A DNA stretch of 44,203 nt, the filler included, from Sphacelaria rigidula (lineage: Eukaryota), in the NCBI GenBank assembly GCA_964200075.2. It is 2 parts of 2 records of this genome, joined end to end, with 100 filler letters (N's around TTAATTAATTAA, not from the genome) between each part and the next. Parts side by side here need not be neighbours in the genome. Positions count along the whole stretch, not along the records: positions 22,154 to 44,203 come from CAXNAA020000360.1; 1 more part is not named here. One strand, written 5' to 3'. The notes beneath the pieces were generated by a model, which saw only the letters and a program-made list of their open reading frames with translations, was not told where the DNA came from and did no database searches. Positions 34,521-44,203 of this stretch are shown piece by piece. Position 1 is the stretch's first letter; each line of letters begins with the position of its first letter. Position numbers and translations under genes: made by a program.

Positions 34521-37500
34521 TTTGATTGATTCTGATTAATTGATTGTCGCACTTTAACTGACCCGCCAGGGATCCAGTCGCGGTGACATGATAGACGCAC
34601 CCAAGACGAGACGAAAGTGAAACACTCGCTAAAGAAAAAGAAGGAACAAAAAAAGTCGAACAGAACAACATAGTTGACTTAGACGTGAAAAAAATGAGTG
34701 AAAAGTCAGGAAAAACAAAGCACAGGAAGAAATGGCCGGTCCAGAGCAAAAAAAGGAAAATTAAAGAGTCAAAACTAATGAAGAAAAATAAGGAAAAAGC
34801 CCACGAGATTCAGGGCAGCAGAGTAATACAGATACACACCAGTGGCCACCGCAGAGCCACTGCCTAAGGACATAATCAACAACCGGTATGAGCAGACAGA
34901 ATTCTTCGATTGGCGGCCCTTGACGCAGCAGCCTCTCGTTTGTGACGGCGGTCTGATTCTCGTTTGTCTGTGCGTCGCCACATGTCCTCGAACTCTTCTG
35001 CTCCTTTTTCGACTCCAATATGCGTCTGCCCATGTTTTTCGCCGCAATGACCCAATCGTATGCATCATTAGTCTTTACACCGTAGACAAACCATTCCCGT
35101 CGGGCTCTTTTATGCGGGACAGCCCCTAGTGCACGTAGGTTCTCCTGGAGGTTATCCTCACATTGCTTGGGGGGGCGGCCGGCCTCCGTGGGCCCTCGTG
35201 CGGTTAACCGATCGTTCATGACGCGCTCGGGAAGGCGTGTTTCCTTCTGCCGGACAAGGGCTCCCGCGAAGCAGAGTTGACTTTTGCGGTTATAGTCGTC
35301 TCGATACGTTCGCAGTTGGTCACCTCGAGCACTGCTCTGTACGGAAGATTCTTGTAGCCATTTCGATCTTTCCTGCGGAATCCAGCCACTCGCAGCAAAA
35401 GCTTGTGATGGGCAGTCCGTAGACTGTCGAAGTCCTCAGAACGTTGTGTCCATGTGGCACATCCATACAACAGAGTTTCTACAACCTCGGCTTTAAGCAG
35501 TCAAAGTTTCAAGGATAGCTCGGCGTTGGGTCGGTCATAGAGTTGGGAGCTATAGCTTCGGATACGCGCCCACGCCGCGCTGATAACGGCGGTTGATTTC
35601 GATGGACATTTTCGCATCCCCGCTTATAGCTCCAAGGTAGATGAACTTCCCCGTCTGCTTCTACCGTTGACCGGCAATTTTGATATCCAGGGTGGCCTCC
35701 GTGGGACTGGGTACTAACCAAAGGCGCATGAACTCTGTCTTGCTCTCGGAGACCATCAGGCCGAATTCCTGACAAGTCATCACTATCACGGCCATTATTC
35801 GAGCAAGGCCTTCTGAGGTCCTCGAGACTATGCCGGCATCGTTCGCATACAGCATTGACCAAACCACGCGTCGCATTTTTTCGAGCGGTGTCTGTTCCAC
35901 GGGTTCACCACCGTCACCTTTTCGCGCATCATCTAGAAATACCATGTCTCAGATGATGACTGGGTCCGCCGCAAACCGCTGAACGATCACGTCCACAAAG
36001 CCTTCGAAGATGTTGAACAACAGCGGGGGCGAGACGCAACCCTCTCTGAGTCCCTGGCAGACGTGGAACCACACTGATTGTTCGCCACTATCTAGTTGTA
36101 CCCGAGCTCGCATGCCGTCATGAAACATACGGATGCTCGTGATCACTCGCGACGGGACTCCGAACTGAGCAAGCAATTCCCACAGGAGCGTGCGGTCTAC
36201 AGAATCGTGGGCTTTCTGAAGATCGATAAAGCACATGTTTAGTGGGACGTTGCTCGCCCGTCCCAAATCCTGAAGTCGGCGTACTACGAACATCATGTCT
36301 GTGGTCGGTCTTTGGCGTCGAACTCCACAATGCTCCTCCGGAAAGACATCTGTCTCCTCACAAACATTTCCGAGCCTGTTGGCTACGATTCATAGAACTT
36401 CAGCAGTATGTGTCAGAAGTGAAATGCCCATGTAGTTACCACGCTCGGTGCTATTTTCTTCTTGTGTAGCAAGCACTTTGATGGTGGTATATTTCCAGTC
36501 TCGCGGCACCTCGCCAGATGTCCAAACCGCGAAGACGATGCTGCGGAAGTGGTACAGAATCTCCGATGCCTCCCCGTTCAGTCCAAGCTTCAGAATTTCA
36601 GCAGGAATACTATCCAGACCGGTTGCTTTGCCGTTTGACGTAGCTCTCCGAGCCTCCTCAGTTTCACGGAAAAACTGTATGTGCACCCGGGTGCACCATC
36701 GAACTTCATGCGCGCCCTAGGATGATGTCAAATACACGTGCGGCTGGTCAGTGCCACATGACCACGGCCCCGACCGTGGTGCAACTGGGGTCACACTTGC
36801 AATTGGAGCCAGCACAACCGACGCAGAGTACAGGAGTACAACATCGAGATTCCATGCTCGCTTACTTCCATCCCCCATCCATGTATAATACACGCCGACA
36901 CATTTTGAGGGGAAAAGAGCTGCTTTGTGTACCCAGAGAAGCAGAGAAAACCCAAGGTGGAGAGCGTGGCGTGTACCGGAACAGACATCATCATGGCGAC
37001 TACATTCTGTTCTACTGTTTGTCAGCTGCGCTAGGTCTATCGGTACCGCCATGTGCGCCGTGCCGTCTATACAGCATCCGCCCACTGTTTGGAAAAACAC
37101 GGAGAATGTTTCCCCCGAAGGATGGGTCCTCCGTTTCTTCGCAACCATTTTCACTTCAAAAATGCCCACCCTGGCGGTCAAGGGGTTAAATTTTACAGCT
37201 GGCGGCAGAAAGGGGTCACGCTCCCCAGGACTTTGGTGGAATCTGATCCTTCAGTACTCCCGATGAACGAAGGGAGGAACGCAGCGGGAGGACAGAGAAT
37301 AAGACGACTGCGGGGTTGTTTTCTTGGGTTTCCGTGTACATTGTCATATGCACCGTCCTGTCTGTAGGTCATCAACTCACTTTGCTGTGGAGACGGGATT
37401 GCACACATGGCGGTACTGATAGACTTAGCGCAGCTAACGTACAGAACATAATGTAGTCGCCATGATGTTGTCTGTTCCGGTACACGCCACGCTCTCTACC

Positions 37501-39965
37501 TTGGGTTTTCTCTGCTTCTCTGGGCACACGAAGCAGCTCTCGTCCCCTCATATTTTGTCGGTGTGCATTATATATGGATGGGGGATGGAAATAAACGAGC
37601 TTGGAATTTTGAGCTTTGAAATAATCAACACGGAGTATTTTTTTGTTTTTGAGCTGGCAGTGGGAAGTCACGCAGACTCGAGCACACGACGAGTAGTGTG
37701 AGATGTGAGAGAGTGCGACATGATGAGACTGTTGTATTACTGTACTCTGCGTTGGTTGTGCTGGCTCCGATTGAAAGTGTGGCCCAAGTTGCACCACGGT
37801 CGGGGCCGTGGTCATGCGGCACTGACTGGCCGCACGTGTTTTTGCCATCATCCGAGGGTGCGCATGAAGTTCGATGGTGCACCCGGGTGCACACATGATT
37901 TCTCCGTCAGTTTCACTACTTGGGCATGGCAGGTCTCCTAGTGAAAGCGCTATTGGTCACCGAGCGATCTTCTCGATGACGGTTCGGTCGATAGTTGTCG
38001 ATATGGCGTTCAGTAACGTAGAGAAGTACCGTTCCCATCTTTAACTGATCAACCCTTTGTCCCGCAGTATTTTGCCATCCTCATCTCGAATGTGCTGCTC
38101 ATTCTCGAGTGGTCGTCCAGACAATCTCCATCCTCCGTTGAGACGTCTGTACCATCCTCATGTCCCCCGCTCGAGTGTACTCTTCTAGTTCTCTCGCACA
38201 CACATCCATATATTTGTCCACCCCAACTTGGATCACCTCTTTGACCTTTTTGCATGCTGCTCGTAATGTGCGCCACGTGGGTTTATCTCGAGATTATCCC
38301 AGTCTCACCGTTGACCTCGCCCTCTCCTCTCCATCCAGGCCTGTTCAAATTCCGTTCGTATTTCAGCACCCTTGAAACACCCCGGTATACGTGGCTTTCG
38401 GGTCAGACGGGGTACCACCTTCTCAGCGGCACTCAACAGAACGTCAGCAAAGTACGTAGCCAGTGAACTAACCGTATCACCAGGTACACTCTGTTTGAGC
38501 TTGCTGATGATGAGGGTGAGCTGCTCAGGTCTGTCGGGGTAAGATACTATTGCCAGTCCGTCGATCGGTGTACGCCCAATTGGGATTCGTCTCGGTCTGT
38601 TGTGTGCGAAGCGACCATGGAGCCGCACTGAGGCGCACACGATGTTGCGGTTAGACTCCGACGAGTTGGGGGGTTGAAGGTGGACGGTGACATTGCGAAT
38701 AAGCCTGCGATGGTCTTGCCGTGTGAGGATGTAGTCAATGTATTTCTTGTCCGCGGGGCGATTTGCAACACCGTTTAAAGTACTCGAGGTGTTTCCCTCG
38801 GAGGTAGAAAATAACGTGTTGACCACGGCAAGCGTGTTGTCGCCTGCAAATTGCATTAGAGATACGCCGCTATTGTCGTTGGATTGGGAGTCCCGGGGCG
38901 TATTCTCAAACAAATTTTCGTTCCTCCTCGCCTGTTCATACTCCATCCCTCACGTTGGTGTTCACCAAAATAAACAGGCGATGCTTGTGGGGGATACAGT
39001 TCACAAGGCCGTCTAACTCAGTCTAGAACACATCTCTCTCTTCTCTTGACTGTGGAGTGTCTGTAGAGGCATATGCAGCTACAAACGTACCTGCATTTGA
39101 TTCACCCGCTTGGTTGAAAGTCATCGACATGAGGCGTTCGCTGACGAGTTCCTGAGTCCACGTCGCCTTGCTGATGATCGAATCCTTGACCGCCAACCCA
39201 AACCCATGTTGTCCAGCCTTTCCCTTGCCCCCCTCCACCCCGCGAAAAAAGACACGATATCCCGCCGCACAAAATTCTGTTCTACCTGGTCTCCTTGTTC
39301 CCTGTAGTCCGATGACGTCACATCTGACTTCATGACATTTTTGCACGACCACTCCAGCATGGTCAGCTCCGTTCTTTCCCGTGAGGGACAGTCTACAGAC
39401 GTTATAGGTAGCCACTTTGAGCTCCCCACCATGCGACCTAGCTTTAGCCTTTCTCTATATTCGCGCGTCTTTCTCTTTGCTCTTCTCTCCTTCTTGGTCT
39501 GTTTCGCCTCCTAATTTCACGGGCGAGCTTTTTTCTGTTCCGATTCTTCTTTGATACGTCTATCACGGTACTTGCCTTGCTTGTTGGTTTCGCGGGGAGG
39601 GTACAGCCTTCCCATCCCGCGTCGGTCGCTATCTCCAGTCCGCCGAATCTGATACTTACTCACACGTGCCTCATCTCCATCAACGTGCTTTCCGTCACAG
39701 TGTCTCAGCGCCGGGTAAAAAGCTGCAGCTGCGGGGTTCAATTTGGCTCACATTCTAGGGTAGAACTTCGAAGCTGCAGGGTTGAGCCTGGACGTCTGCA
39801 CTGTCTGCTTGATTCACCATCTAGACTGTGTGTTGTATCACCCCTGACGAGAAACGCAGGCAAGCCAGTAGGTCAACTTACCTTGCCTTACCTGTTGGTC
39901 GTGTTGTCAATGGGGTTAGCTCACCCCGACGCAACCAACCCCAGACGGGTGGCGGTCGGGGAGAG
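34521..39965 (-). mobile_element. Degenerate non-LTR retrotransposon (LINE, RTE-like; APE endonuclease + RT)
   Basis: APE: ATYNV...DVIGLQGTRR (39415-39023), YIDYILTR (38946-38305). RT: KATGLDSIPAEILK, GNYMGISLL, MCFIDLQKAHDSVDR, QGLREGCVSPPLLFNIF, MLYANDAGIV (YADD decayed), YGCATW. Followed by a T-rich 3' UTR and a (CAAT)n-like tail at 34521-34546. Multiple frameshifts. 5' boundary approximate. Confidence 0.92.
36667..37906. mobile_element. Non-autonomous Mutator-like/foldback element inserted in the LINE RT region
   Basis: 9-bp TSD TCAGTTTCA (36658-36666 and 37907-37915); termini CGG...CCG; inverted arms of about 390 bp (36667-about 37060 and about 37400-37906). Excision restores LINE frame ...GDLPCPSSETEEARRATSNGKATG. 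Confidence 0.9.
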
Positions 39966-40104
39966 GGGATGCTACTTGGAATCAGGTGTCGAAAGGAAAG
40001 TGCCAATGGAGATTCATCCAGCTCGGCGTACCGCCCGGATTTCGACGTTTGAAACTTAACCATTTTCGTGTGTTATCTTCATTCTTCTTACTATCATATA
40101 TATT

Positions 40105-40180
40105 TCACCCTCTCCCTTGTTCTGGACAAGTTCGCGGTCTCAGGAGATCAATCCATTTCTCCCCCGGTACCCGCCTGACG
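40105..40180 (-). repeat. Fragment of the SINE-like family also seen at 23470-23744 and 6290-6610
   Basis: GCGGTCTCAGGAGATCAATCCATTTCTCCCCCGGTAC resembles GTGGTCTCAAGGGATCAACCTATCTCTCCCCCGGTAC at 23494. Confidence 0.55.
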
Positions 40181-42298
40181 TTTTTGCTAAGCATTGAATC
40201 ACGACTACTGTATCAGTACTCCCGGAGTGCGTCGACTGTCATGAGAAAAATGCTCATGTTCTCGCCATTTCAATAGAAACTCGAAGGGCAGGTATTCCCT
40301 TACTACAATCAAACGATACGTTCTATTTTACAAAGAACCAGGCCGTTGGTTCAAGAAAGGTCGATTTGGAGCCTCGGTATTGTTTTACGATATCATGAGT
40401 GACATCACTTGTCACTGAAATTAAAATGGTGGGAAGAACGTAAAATTTGCGAGTGTTTTGTTAACGTAATAAACAAAACGACATCACTCTTACATTGTGC
40501 TCGTTATCCCTTTGAACACGAAGGTGGGTCATCTTGATTTTATGGTACCATCATTTTTCAAGTTAAAAATGATGCCCATTATATAGATTGCTCACTATTG
40601 CGACCAAAGGGTTATTGGCCCAGACGAGAACACTTTTGTTTGAACCGCTGCAATTTTATGCCTTGTAAACAAGCAGTACTGCACGACAGAAATGTATTCG
40701 ACGATTAACCTCGACAGCTACCCCTTCACGAACGCCCTTTGACCAAGGCCAACGTTGATTGGACAGTCTGCTCCCAGTAGATGTATATATTACTCACGAC
40801 TAGTATAGTAAACAGCGTGATCAATTTTGTTGGGAATAAGCGTCCGATCATGTCTTCATGACTATCGAAATTCAGACGAAATATTCAGGTGCACCTCGAC
40901 GCAATTTCCGCCATATTCAGGTACATCGTATTGAGTATCACAAACCGGCCAGGTTTAGGAATGCTGACCACGTTTTTGCTGCAAACACAAGCGCACGTTC
41001 CTCTGTGTGCATGAAGGATTCCCCAAAAGCTTGGCGTTGAAAACTGCAAGTGAACCTCGGGCTCACGCACGAACAACCCAAAAGTACGTTTTGCTGACTG
41101 GTCGTAGGTGTGGAGATTATGTGTCATCAATTCCGATCACGCGCTCAAACGATAGCGTGCAGTCAGTACGGTTCATATCTCATGTCGGTCACGGTTCAAG
41201 AGCATAGCACAACACCGCACAGAACGTGCAGTACGTCCTGATAATACCTCTCTGCGTGCAGACCTGTCGCCGATTGCGTGACTACCAGCACGATATCACG
41301 GCAGCAGTGACTTGTCGTCGTGGGTAGTAGTGACTGAAAAGCCATCATGGACCGACACGCGTATCTCGGTCGAATAGGCTTGGTCGTATCATGAAAAAGA
41401 AGAAACTGTGGTCAGTCAGAATATGTCCTCGAGTACCTTGCAAATTACACGTCCACATTTCAGGGCTCAGACCAGTCATTACGGGGCAAACTGCCGGCAT
41501 TCATGTTTTGGGGCCGTGGGCCGCGTAATGGGGTCATGTGCTTGCCTCCCAAAATGCTTGTACTTTTTGTTGTGCGAAAACAATCGTCCCAAATGTCCGA
41601 GAGTGCATTCGCTTTTCATCATCCGAAATTGCTGATCAACACTCCTCCCCAGGTTTTGATGGCGCCGCTTGGTATCATTGATTGATTAGTTGCCGAACAT
41701 CACCTGATGCCCAAGGGACCCAGCCGTGGCCACATGATGGGCGTACGTACCCGAGACAATATTGCAAAACGGAAACACTCGCTGATACATAGCCCGATCA
41801 CTTATACCTCCGCCACGAGAAAATAATGCGAGACGTACAACACATACTACCATGCGCAACGACCCCTAGCCATGTAAGAGCAATCAGAGCAGTGGCGAAT
41901 GCTGCGCACTGGTGCTGGCTTTGGTGAAGATCCCCCTGTTTTGAGCTGTTGAAGAGCCATTTCAATTTCACAAAGTTGATTTGGTTTCTGCTGCGCGTAC
42001 AAATTCGACAAACCGGTTTTTTGCGACTCCGTTTTTGCGACTTGATTTCTGCGACTCGATTCTTGCGACATTTTTTTTGTCAGATTTTACTACTCTATAA
42101 CCTCCATTAATTTCGTGTTTTTGGGGATAACTTTGTCAAACAGACACCAAACGCATTCTGCTCCAAGGGGCACCTGGGCAAACAGCAGTTGCTGCTGCCT
42201 ACCTAGTATCATCCTTCAAATCGAAGTCTTGAGTGAAAATCCCCAGCGTTTGGTGCCCATGTACAAGGATGATGTACATCTAGTGTTATGCTCCAATA

Positions 42299-42918
42299 CG
42301 TACCCGGCAAGGGGGCAACATCCCCGAAAAGACTGTAGCAATGCCGGCGGATCCGACCGCCAGACAATCTGGCAGCCGGCAAGGTGGTTATGGCAGCCGG
42401 CAAGGTGGTTATGGTAGTCTCCTTCTAGCGATATCAACTTACGGTGCACTGGAGCAGAGTTTGCAGGTGAAAATTTCGGCGATTGCCTCACGTGCAATTC
42501 GCCCAGATGTTGCGGAGTTTTTTACGATATCACTGAGTAACATTACACACATTTACATGTGGAAATGGACCAGACCCTCCCTTGCATTATGAGTGGAGAT
42601 GTACCAGACCCTGCATTATATGTGGAAATGTACCCAACCGTGGGCAAAGGATTGAACACGTTGTTGAAAGTGTAATACGCGAAGTCAGTGTGTTGTGTGT
42701 GCTGTCGCCCCATCTATTCTGGACGCCGGTCTCCACCTTTCGGTGTATGTGGGCGCACCAGCCGCGGCTGTGTTTACATACAGCTTGGCCCGAGATACAG
42801 ACAGCCATTGCCGCGGTGGAGGCGGCCTTTCACTCCTGCATGCGCCACCTAGGGGCAAACGCACGCTGTAGCTGCAACACGGACAGCTTTACAAGATGTG
42901 ACGTAGCGATATTGCGCG
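42299..42918. repeat. Dispersed repeat copy B (inverted relative to 25815-26422), with internal duplications and a SINE fragment
   Basis: Reverse-complement match to copy A. 21-bp tandem duplication TGGCAGCCGGCAAGGTGGTTA (about 42370-42411), three GTGGAAATGTACC-like copies (about 42558-42634), and a SINE 3' piece at about 42690-42762. Confidence 0.85.
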
Positions 42919-44037
42919 TAGCGAGGAGTTATATCCTGCGTACACGTTGGCCGCGATACCAGCGGCTGCATTCATGATCTGGCGAACTGCATAGGACAGC
43001 GCGAAATCAGTGCAGGACAGGGATAGGCTGAGGATGTCACATCCTGCGGTGTGCTTTGTCACCCTGCCGCTGTGCAATGAGCAGGTAGTACCGCCGAACG
43101 CGTCACGCTGCGGTTGGTACGCAGTGTCGGCTCCACACCCGTAGGGTAACCTCTGCATTGAATTCGATATAACGCACTGAATGAAAATAAACGCGCAGAG
43201 CGCGTTATTTTCGAGCAGCACCCGCGCTAGCGCGAGCGCGATTTTCCGTGTTGCCGACATGGTGCCAGCGCGCTTGTGCACTACAGCGTTGTACACCCTA
43301 TGGCAGCCCGTCACGGTATTGCTCCTCATGTTTCATCACGCTTTATTCGAAAACACGCATAAGAAATGCCAGCGAGTCCATCGTTGTTGCACTTGGAGGT
43401 GTGGCGAGCCAGCTTTTTTTCGATCTGGTACTGCCGCATGCTCCGTGCTGTACCAAATAGTATACCGTGCCAGTTCAAAAACGGACATGATGATATAAAC
43501 AGCACCGACATACTCAGATTATCATGGACTGTATACGAGGCGTGGGAAGCGTAGATTCTGTCAAGGAATGCAAGGACGCAACTATACTGCAGTACAGGCA
43601 GTTTCATTATTAGCATGCAACACTTGATTCGAACGAGACACAAGACAGTATTTACGTGATGATACCTGGGCGTTTTGGTACTGAAACGAGTCCACTAGTC
43701 CCTCTACTACGTACCGTAAGGAGATGGATACCACGTGTAAATATAAAAAAAGTTACGGGCAAACCTTCATTTCAGAGTAGAACGACCCAGCCGAGACCAC
43801 TCCGGTTTCACCGCCGAGATCCGAGACCGCACCGTCACAAACACCGAAATAAATTGACATTGGAAGCGCCCTGGACACAGGGTAGTCTATGGAAGATCGA
43901 CTGGCGGCTCTGAGTGTGCACCACGATGAACTCGAGCGCAGTGCTGCAGTGCTACAGCAGCAAAATGTGCCGTGCAATGCACTAATTGCAGTACGTTCGA
44001 AAAACTGCTGTCAGTCTTGAGAGCCGGAAGGCAAGTA

Positions 44038-44141
44038 AATGTTGAACATCTGTGAGGCTTCCTACGATAGCCCCCCCACCCAAAAGTAATGTTGAACATC
44101 TGTGAGGCTTCCTACGATAGCCCCCCCACCCAAAAGTAATG
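44038..44141 (+). repeat. Perfect 50-bp tandem duplication
   Basis: 44041-44090 is identical to 44091-44140 (GTTGAACATCTGTGAGGCTTCCTACGATAGCCCCCCCACCCAAAAGTAAT). Confidence 0.95.
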
Positions 44142-44203
44142 AGCGCCAGAATGTTGGAGGTGTCTCTATTAGGAGTAGGAACGGTGCTCCGTCTCGAAAG
44201 GGA

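Noticed and set aside
36722..37896. Pair of similar 155-aa and 174-aa ORFs as duplicated genes
   Set aside because: Their similarity comes from the inverted arms of the foldback element; no recognisable domain
39911..39965. Canonical HDV-like ribozyme call
   Set aside because: P3/L3, P1.1 and the +1 G could not be identified; reported only as a pseudoknot candidate
42889..43329. 146-aa minus-strand ORF as a gene
   Set aside because: No recognisable domain or convincing splice structure; overlaps a repeat edge

Overview
Eukaryotic, intron-rich, repeat-rich genomic DNA of about 50% GC. The gene architecture, the bipartite plastid-targeting-like presequence and the TE types suggest a stramenopile, probably a brown alga; this is inference. 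The main feature is a minus-strand CLC chloride transporter gene. I assembled 15 exons by hand (4548-21485) into one open frame of 755 aa; the 5' end is missing and probably lies beyond a 100-nt assembly gap at 22054-22153. One CLC intron is GC-AG and another carries a degenerate Ty1/Copia LTR retrotransposon. A convergent plus-strand multi-exon coiled-coil gene lies at the left end. Right of the gap are tRNA-headed SINE-like elements, an odd head-to-head pair of diverged coding fragments around an (AT)n tract, a 43-bp hairpin-unit satellite, several MITEs (one Stowaway-like), the first two exons of a plastid-targeted SET/LSMT-like gene, and a degenerate RTE-clade LINE. The LINE is interrupted by a 1.24-kb foldback MULE-like element with a 9-bp TSD and has a predicted pseudoknot in its 5' region. 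I see no CRISPR, rRNA or intact tRNA, and no clear-cut new multi-gene system. The most unusual items are RNA/DNA structures and orphan coding fragments inside the repeats.
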